From NCBI GenBank assembly GCA_031316235.1, contig JALDRA010000001.1, positions 2,280,001 through 2,312,000 of the forward strand: a stretch of DNA of 32,000 nt. The letters are read 5' to 3'. Under the pieces are notes generated by a model. That model did no database searches, was not told the DNA's origin, and was given only the letters and a program-made list of their open reading frames with translations. Origin of the DNA: Candidatus Scalindua sp. GTDB lineage: Bacteria > Planctomycetota > Brocadiia > Brocadiales > Scalinduaceae. Positions 27,501 through 32,000 of the stretch are shown here, piece after piece; positions within the stretch are counted from its first letter, which is position 1, and each line of letters starts with the position of its first letter. Position numbers and translations under genes: made by a program.

Positions 27501-28172
27501 GTTGCAGGTATCCCATTACGGAGCCTTACTATCTTTGCCGGTGCATTCGGTATCGGAATTGGCTTTGGGATGCAGAATATCATCAACAATTTCGTTAGCG
27601 GCTTGATCCTGTTCGCTGAACGTCCGATAAAAATTGGAGACATAGTCGAAGTTGACAAGTTATATGGTGTGGTAGAGCATATAGGCGCCAGGAGCACACG
27701 GATACGTTCTTCCCAGAATACACACATCATTGTACCGAACAGCTCTTTCCTGCAAAACAATGTATTGAACTGGACACTCTCTGATAATCTGATACGGGCA
27801 AGTATCAAGGTTGGCGTCATCTACGGATCACCAACACGCGAGGTTGAACGCCTGCTCTATAAGGCAGTACGTGAACATGAAAAGGTATTGAAAATCCCTG
27901 AACCAGATCTGCTCTTTACTGATTTTGGAGAGAACTCTCTAGGCTTTGAGATGCACTTCTGGATAAAAGTGACACGTATGTTTGATCGACGGAGAGTAGA
28001 AAGCGACCTCCGTTATCAGATAGACAGCATGTTTCATGATGCAGGTATCGTCATTGCATTCCCTCAGCGTGAAATCCATCTGAATTGCCGGAAACCTATC
28101 GAAGTTCGAATAGTAGGAGAGGGAAAGGAAAAAGAGACCTCATTCACCGGTGCTGATTCTGCAGAAGTTTAG
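24501..28172 (+). CDS. mscK: MscK/KefA-like large mechanosensitive channel (MscS family) with ~550-aa N-terminal coiled-coil domain
   Basis: 1223 aa. Signal/TM at the N-terminus, a long E/K/R-rich coiled coil and about 11 TM helices. MscS core FGIGIGFGMQNIINNFVSGLILFAERPIKIGDIVEV plus a beta and alpha-beta C-terminal domain. The start may be an internal Met (M6/M8). Confidence 0.9.
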   Translation: MIHDKMSMRKILSLIIILVSVTFGVATGDLCGQPAEAQEKLKQSTLLEDIKRTLESSGQDIINFELNLKLLKEELETLNATREKLIEDKAEGFDSVIKQKSIIEERINTLNETIRVGTDIKDMAGSLAREVDILSTMTERKNSISDQAALLPASQFGSIKNELELLKARLEATKSSVKEKGTYLSASQASLEAARLKLEEERRKLKDKIRKLTSQKPSTQDESHQIEAMTHGLESEIKLREEKVNLLLAQTELARLSLQTAQIQEVNIESQIDTNTQIVAVLSQRNKEEQATRKREDEERARKAEEERRRIAEEEKARAELEKRIALKKTEATVQKQLEETSPEKKRVLEIEADVHKQEGIIATIKDELINEDTVRYRDREELKRVQNEIEKMLGGENTFSEIDEELQTIENLSDRILHKIEIIQGFLAAVEKQGSIISESLESMRRSLSPATSGEKSSIEKEAEGFKDKGQAEQLVKLAHLRLRLMEEQEALIQNKKERLNERLEINNTLSRKLMQAKNELSQIRAANVWARRENTISINTFRSVLSDVRNLKNKLIDSYKASIQNLKKLTLFLSETKNTPQFVIKLFIITAVVLLSYFMRSYLKRWAREKKQRYRAITPQTFYTFKLIPGLLQIMHGTLTVFFLSVITFSISITVPSQSPILLSTMYGFAVFTCYKFLKGFVSESFSPYSGTRWATIPYFSSKLLFRDLNILLLFSAVSLTLLSVLYAYHYDKKDVTELIWFQYRIGSLFLIILIAAKQRSYLLKLLPYPESALGKIINKSSNFLYPLLIGFVIFLFALRSLGFVLLTYTFMGALIKTISVVVIIYIAHEYLVKLLLHSQKRRLKECRLLEAKVMVIEERGINVKFRVFQKLLHYSTAILSVIMVLGIWNDTFKDVVSSPAAPTVFLEIYQSILYVLVSIKNSLTHKFPLAEGRYTTPFKMLFGIMVLVLAFILARYLRNILQKRLEEKALLEKGAQQAISSGLRYFIIGIAAIIGLNVAGIPLRSLTIFAGAFGIGIGFGMQNIINNFVSGLILFAERPIKIGDIVEVDKLYGVVEHIGARSTRIRSSQNTHIIVPNSSFLQNNVLNWTLSDNLIRASIKVGVIYGSPTREVERLLYKAVREHEKVLKIPEPDLLFTDFGENSLGFEMHFWIKVTRMFDRRRVESDLRYQIDSMFHDAGIVIAFPQREIHLNCRKPIEVRIVGEGKEKETSFTGADSAEV

Positions 28173-28300
28173 TCAGTGGTCGAGCGAAAACCGCCTTACT
28201 CTTCTTCGGTGCTGCAATAATTTCGTAATTCCCCGTAGTGCGTCTCTTGAATCAGGGAGGCCATAGGTCAACTGCAGGGTTACCGTTCAAGTACTGGTTA

Positions 28301-28328
28301 TTGACAAAACGGCATATTTTTGTATGGT
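28301..28328 (+). promoter_or_regulatory. Candidate sigma70-like promoter upstream of the repeat copy and pfk
   Basis: TTGACA (28301-28306), 16-nt spacer, TATGGT (28323-28328). A transcript from here would carry the 28352-28464 repeat in the pfk 5' UTR. The consensus is assumed from E. coli-type promoters. Confidence 0.25.
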
Positions 28329-28351
28329 TTTCTGATAAAGCTGAGGTTTCA

Positions 28352-28464
28352 TATACTCATCTCATACTGGATTTCGGATCAAATCCGAGATAAAATTGAG
28401 CGAGTATACCAGCAACCAAGATTTGATTTCCGGTAAAACTGAAAACCAAATCGGTTTTAGTATA
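28352..28464 (+). repeat. Modular hairpin repeat, full copy (H1+H2), 113 bp
   Basis: TATACTCATCTCATACTGGATTTCGGATCAAATCCGAGATAAAATTGAGCGAGTATACCAGCAACCAAGATTTGATTTCCGGTAAAACTGAAAACCAAATCGGTTTTAGTATA. Confidence 0.93.
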
Positions 28465-28544
28465 TCAAGCAACAGCTGCTTTTGTACCAAGCAAATGTAT
28501 ACAGTATACGGTCTGAAATAATAAATTACAGAGGGAGGGGAAGC

Positions 28545-29633
28545 GTGAGTAAAAGAATTGCAATACTTACAGGCGGTGGTGACTGCCCGGGGATAAATGC
28601 TGTAATACGGGCCATCACTAAGAAGGCCATACTTGAATATGATATGAATATCATTGGTATTGAAGATGGTTTTGAAGGCCTTGTTCTTAATAAACAGAGA
28701 AAACTTACCTATGAAGACGTATCGGGCATTCTTACCCTGGGAGGAACAATACTGGGGACGTCAAACAGAGCCAACCCTTATAAATATCCAGTTAAGAATA
28801 ACGGAAAAACTGAATGGAAAGATCTGTCAACGAAGGTCCTTCAAAACTTCAAAAAACTTGATGCGGATTGCCTGATTTGTGTGGGAGGAGATGGCACATT
28901 ACGCATTGCTCAACGTTTGTTTGAAGAGGGTGTGCCTGTGGTCGGGGTTCCCAAAACAATAGATAATGATATCCAGGGAACAGATATTACATTTGGTTTT
29001 GATTCCGCTGTTCGAATTGCTGCGGAAGGAATTGACAGGGTTCATACCACTGCTCAATCTCATCATAGAGTTATGATCGTTGAGGTTATGGGAAGAAGTG
29101 CAGGCTGGATTGCCCTGTATTCGGGAGTTGCAGGCGGAGGCGATATTATCCTGATTCCCGAAATACCCTTCGATATAAATATAGTTGCAGAAAAAGTAAG
29201 AGCGAGAAACAAAAAGGGTAAGAGATTCAGCATTGTAATTGTAGCCGAAGGCGCAAGACCTGAGGGAGAAGAGGTTGTAGTGCAGAAGATCGAAAAAGAT
29301 GGTTCAGAGGCCGTTCGACTTGGCGGAATAGGTTTTGTTCTCGGAGAGAGGCTGAGAAAACTTACCAATATTGAAACACGCACGGTTGTTATGGGTCATC
29401 TTCAACGAGGGGGCCCACCTACCTCATTTGACAGAATACTGGGCACACAGTTAGGTGTAACAGCTGTCGATTTGATAGAAAATGAAGATTTCGGTTTTAT
29501 GGTGGGCGTAACAGGGAATGATTTCGTTAGGGTACCGCTGGAAACAGTTTCAAAAGGTGCCAGGCAAGTACCTTCTGATCATATGCTGATAAAGTCAGCT
29601 CGTTCAATAGGTACCTGTTTTGGAGATATATAA
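28545..29633 (+). CDS. pfkA: 6-phosphofructokinase (PfkA family; phosphoryl donor not assignable)
   Basis: The ORF track starts at TTG 28482. GTG 28545 is preceded by GAGGGAGGGG and gives VSKRIAILTGGGDCPGINAVIRA, the canonical PFK N-terminus. Motifs GGDGT, PKTIDND, MGR and GHLQRGG. Confidence 0.92.
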   Translation: MSKRIAILTGGGDCPGINAVIRAITKKAILEYDMNIIGIEDGFEGLVLNKQRKLTYEDVSGILTLGGTILGTSNRANPYKYPVKNNGKTEWKDLSTKVLQNFKKLDADCLICVGGDGTLRIAQRLFEEGVPVVGVPKTIDNDIQGTDITFGFDSAVRIAAEGIDRVHTTAQSHHRVMIVEVMGRSAGWIALYSGVAGGGDIILIPEIPFDINIVAEKVRARNKKGKRFSIVIVAEGARPEGEEVVVQKIEKDGSEAVRLGGIGFVLGERLRKLTNIETRTVVMGHLQRGGPPTSFDRILGTQLGVTAVDLIENEDFGFMVGVTGNDFVRVPLETVSKGARQVPSDHMLIKSARSIGTCFGDI

Positions 29634-29642
29634 GTTAGGTGT

Positions 29643-29674
29643 TATACTCATCTTATAATTGTTTTCGATCGGAT
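29643..29674 (+). repeat. Partial, decayed H1 fragment of the repeat family
   Basis: TATACTCATCTTATAATTGTTTTCGATCGGAT compared with H1 TATACTCATCTCATACTGGATTTCGGAT. Begins 9 nt after the pfk stop codon. Confidence 0.5.
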
Positions 29675-29998
29675 ATCAGGCATGGCGGAGTTGTCAATTC
29701 CTTGACCAGTTTCCAACCAGGCCTGAATGGGGAAAGCGTGACAATGAAGAGCATCATACGCATTTGAGTAGTGATAATGGTTTTTCCATAATGGATGAAG
29801 TTTTTTAATCATGGTAAAACATTCCCTCTCCTTCTAAATTTTTCTTGCTCTAAATAAGATTTACTATATAACATAAGCAAATTTAACAGAAAAATTGCTC
29901 TTCCAGGCATGTACGAATAATCTATACAAGCGGAGAGTCAAGGGCAATTTTCATGATTCGTAATATCATACGTATATATTCTGGAGATTAACTGACAA

Positions 29999-31933
29999 AT
30001 GGCGATAAAAAAACCTAAATCTAAAACCGGCAAACAGCGAAGTGCTGGACTATTGCAGTCGATAGGCCCTGTTGAGAATCTTGAAAGCTATGTCAAGGCG
30101 GATTGGTGGAGAGAAATCTTCAATGCCAATTATTTAAGAACCGATGGCGATGTCGTAGAAGATAAAGCTGTTACTAAAACCGAAATCGATCTCTTCCTGA
30201 GTGTGTTGTCCCCGTCAAAAGAGAGCGTGATTTTGGATTTATGCTGTGGACAGGGCCGTCACTCCCAGGAACTGGCACAATGCGGATTCAGGAACGTCTT
30301 CGGACTGGATCGTTCCCATTACCTGGTAAACAGGGCAAGATCACTCAATCGAAAAGAAGGTTTTAATATTACCTACAAGGAAGGAGATGCCAGGAAAATG
30401 CCATTTATTTCTGATACCTTCGACTTTGTGCTTATAGCCGGTAATAGTTTCGGTTATTTTGAAACCATTGAGGACGATATGGCCATTCTTCGAGAGGTGA
30501 TGCGGGTTCTTAAACCATCCGGAAAATTGCTCATAGATATTACCGACGGTGTCTTTATGAAAGACAACTTTCAGCCCCGGAGCTGGGAATGGATTAATAA
30601 AAACTATTTTGTCTGCAGGGAGCGCTCTCTATCGAAAGATGGTGATCGATTAATATCGCGGGAAGTGATCAGCGATGTAAGAAAAGGCGTAATTGCGGAT
30701 CAGTTCTATGCGGAAAGGCTTTACACCAAAGAAAGCGTAAGTGTTCTGCTGAAAAGGGCAGGATTTGTGGATATAGATTTCCATGCAGAACTGTCTACTG
30801 ATTCACAGAGAAAACAGGACCTGGGAATGATGGAAAGACGCATTGTCATTACTTCGGTGGCCAGGAAGGAATGGGCTCCGGTAAAAAGCAGGCAGAAAGT
30901 CACGAAGACAATCGCCGTGGCGATGGGTGACCACCGAAAACTTGACAGTGTGAAACCCAGTGGAAACTTTGATGAAGATGATTTTTTTACAATCAATGAG
31001 TTAAAAAAAACGCTGGCGGGATTGAAGGAATATAATTTTATCTACTTCGACAGACATGACACACTGATTACTGATCTCAGTAGGAATACGAACAAATTTG
31101 ATTTTGTCTTCAATCTGTGTGATGAGGGGTTCAACAATGACGCTACAAAAGAGCTGCATGTTCCTTCATTACTGGAAATTCTCAATATTAAATATACGGG
31201 AGGAAATCCTCAATGCCTTGCGTATTGTTACGATAAATCACTTGTCAGAGGGATTGCCAAGGAGATGGATATTCCCGTTCCCCGTGCCTTTATTGTCAAT
31301 CCGGAAGACACGTATTTCATTGAACTGCAAATTGGTTTCCCCGTGATTGTCAAGCCGAATTTCGGGGATTCCAGTGTTGGAATCAATCAACACAGTGTCT
31401 GCAATAATTTAGAAGAACTGGAAAACGCTCTTTTACATGTGCGCAGGAATGTGGGCTATGACAAGCCTATTATCGTGGAAGAATTTCTTGAAGGAGAAGA
31501 CATCAGCGTTGGCATTATTGGCAATCCTCCTGAATCGTATTTAGCGCTTCCTATTATCAAGGAAGACTATTCAACATTACCGCCTGATCTGCCGAAAATT
31601 TGTGGATACGAGGCCAAATGGAAGCCTGATTCTCCATACGGCAGGATAGACTCTGTCAAGGCGGATTTGCCTGAAGCGACAGAGAGGTTCCTGATTGCAA
31701 GCAGTATTAAACTTTTTGAAAGACTTGAATGTCGTGATTATGCGAGGTTTGACTGGAGATTGGACGTAAATGGAACGCCAAGACTGCTTGAAGCGAATCC
31801 GAATCCGGGATGGTGCTGGGATGGTCACCTGGCAAAAATGGCTAAGTTTGGAGGGCTTACGTATGCCGACATGTTAGAAAATATTTTAAAAGCAAGTGAG
31901 GAGCGGTTTAGTAAAGCGGACAAAACTCTATAA
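29999..31933 (+). CDS. Fusion protein: class I SAM-dependent methyltransferase (N) + D-alanine--D-alanine ligase-like ATP-grasp (C)
   Basis: 644 aa. Methyltransferase motif I VILDLCCGQGRHS, motif II DFVLIAGNSFGY and post-II LKPSGKLLI. From aa ~300 there is a full Ddl-like layout: FVFNLCDEGFNNDATKELHVPSLLEILNIKYTGG, DKSLVRGIAKEMDIPVP, FPVIVKPNFGDSSVGI, IVEEFLEGEDISVGIIG, ARFDWRLDVNGTPRLLEANPNPG. Confidence 0.85.
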   Translation: MAIKKPKSKTGKQRSAGLLQSIGPVENLESYVKADWWREIFNANYLRTDGDVVEDKAVTKTEIDLFLSVLSPSKESVILDLCCGQGRHSQELAQCGFRNVFGLDRSHYLVNRARSLNRKEGFNITYKEGDARKMPFISDTFDFVLIAGNSFGYFETIEDDMAILREVMRVLKPSGKLLIDITDGVFMKDNFQPRSWEWINKNYFVCRERSLSKDGDRLISREVISDVRKGVIADQFYAERLYTKESVSVLLKRAGFVDIDFHAELSTDSQRKQDLGMMERRIVITSVARKEWAPVKSRQKVTKTIAVAMGDHRKLDSVKPSGNFDEDDFFTINELKKTLAGLKEYNFIYFDRHDTLITDLSRNTNKFDFVFNLCDEGFNNDATKELHVPSLLEILNIKYTGGNPQCLAYCYDKSLVRGIAKEMDIPVPRAFIVNPEDTYFIELQIGFPVIVKPNFGDSSVGINQHSVCNNLEELENALLHVRRNVGYDKPIIVEEFLEGEDISVGIIGNPPESYLALPIIKEDYSTLPPDLPKICGYEAKWKPDSPYGRIDSVKADLPEATERFLIASSIKLFERLECRDYARFDWRLDVNGTPRLLEANPNPGWCWDGHLAKMAKFGGLTYADMLENILKASEERFSKADKTL

Positions 31934-31945
31934 CTCTTGTTCAGA

Positions 31946-31972
31946 GTATGCCGAATGCCATTATCGGCATAC
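31946..31972 (+). terminator. Stem-loop after the methyltransferase/ATP-grasp gene
   Basis: GTATGCCGA-ATGCCATTA-TCGGCATAC: 9-bp stem and 9-nt loop, starting 13 nt after the stop codon. No U-tract. Confidence 0.35.
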
Positions 31973-32000
31973 CAGGGAAAACAACAGATGAGTCAGAATG

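Noticed and set aside
28482-28544. TTG 28482 as the start of pfk, as in the ORF track.
   Set aside because: The 21-aa extension has no PFK counterpart and begins 18 nt after the repeat copy. GAGGGAGGGG is positioned for GTG 28545, which gives the canonical KRIAILTGGGD N-terminus.
212-29674. Possibility that the recurring ~110-bp repeats form a CRISPR array.
   Set aside because: The copies are dispersed over 29 kb and separated by genes. They occur in both orientations, are far longer than CRISPR repeats and have no regular spacer periodicity. No cas genes are present.
31987-32000. ATG at 31987 possibly starting the next gene at the right edge.
   Set aside because: Only four codons are visible, so it cannot be evaluated.

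Overview
This 32-kb window looks like ordinary bacterial chromosome with moderate GC (judged by eye, not computed). I support 19 protein-coding genes. Most are on the + strand, with one minus-strand block at 13.4-17.0 kb. I found no rRNA, tRNA, CRISPR array, transposase, integrase or phage gene.

Gene content, in order:
- ABC-F ATPase (Uup-like)
- TIR-TPR protein that lacks an NTPase domain
- 12-heme c-type cytochrome lipoprotein
- DUF3820-like small protein
- LOG-family hydrolase
- apparent Lon-like protease / tandem Usp / CorA operon
- glycosylglycerate-synthase-like GT-A glycosyltransferase next to a GH57 glycoside hydrolase
- DUF502 membrane protein
- MFS transporter
- SLC13 permease with TrkA-C domains
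- a second, atypical GpgS/MpgS-like GT-A protein immediately upstream of pyruvate kinase
- giant MscK-like mechanosensitive channel
- 6-phosphofructokinase
- SAM-methyltransferase / D-Ala-D-Ala-ligase-like ATP-grasp fusion

The multiheme cytochrome, GH57 and overall gene style fit an anaerobic environmental bacterium, possibly an anammox-type planctomycete. That is a guess only.

The most unusual signal is non-coding. A modular, hairpin-forming repeat of about 112-141 bp, with TATACT...AGTATA termini, occupies at least eight intergenic sites in both orientations. Variants include full copies, an expanded copy, a deletion copy, a head-to-head composite and solo termini. Two termini bracket the DUF3820 gene. 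The six substantial copies each end 45-115 nt upstream of a start codon. Paired base changes in one stem preserve complementarity. The family could be a MITE-like mobile element or a structured RNA or regulatory module. I do not recognise it as a described family.

All coordinates were indexed by hand and no database search was run.
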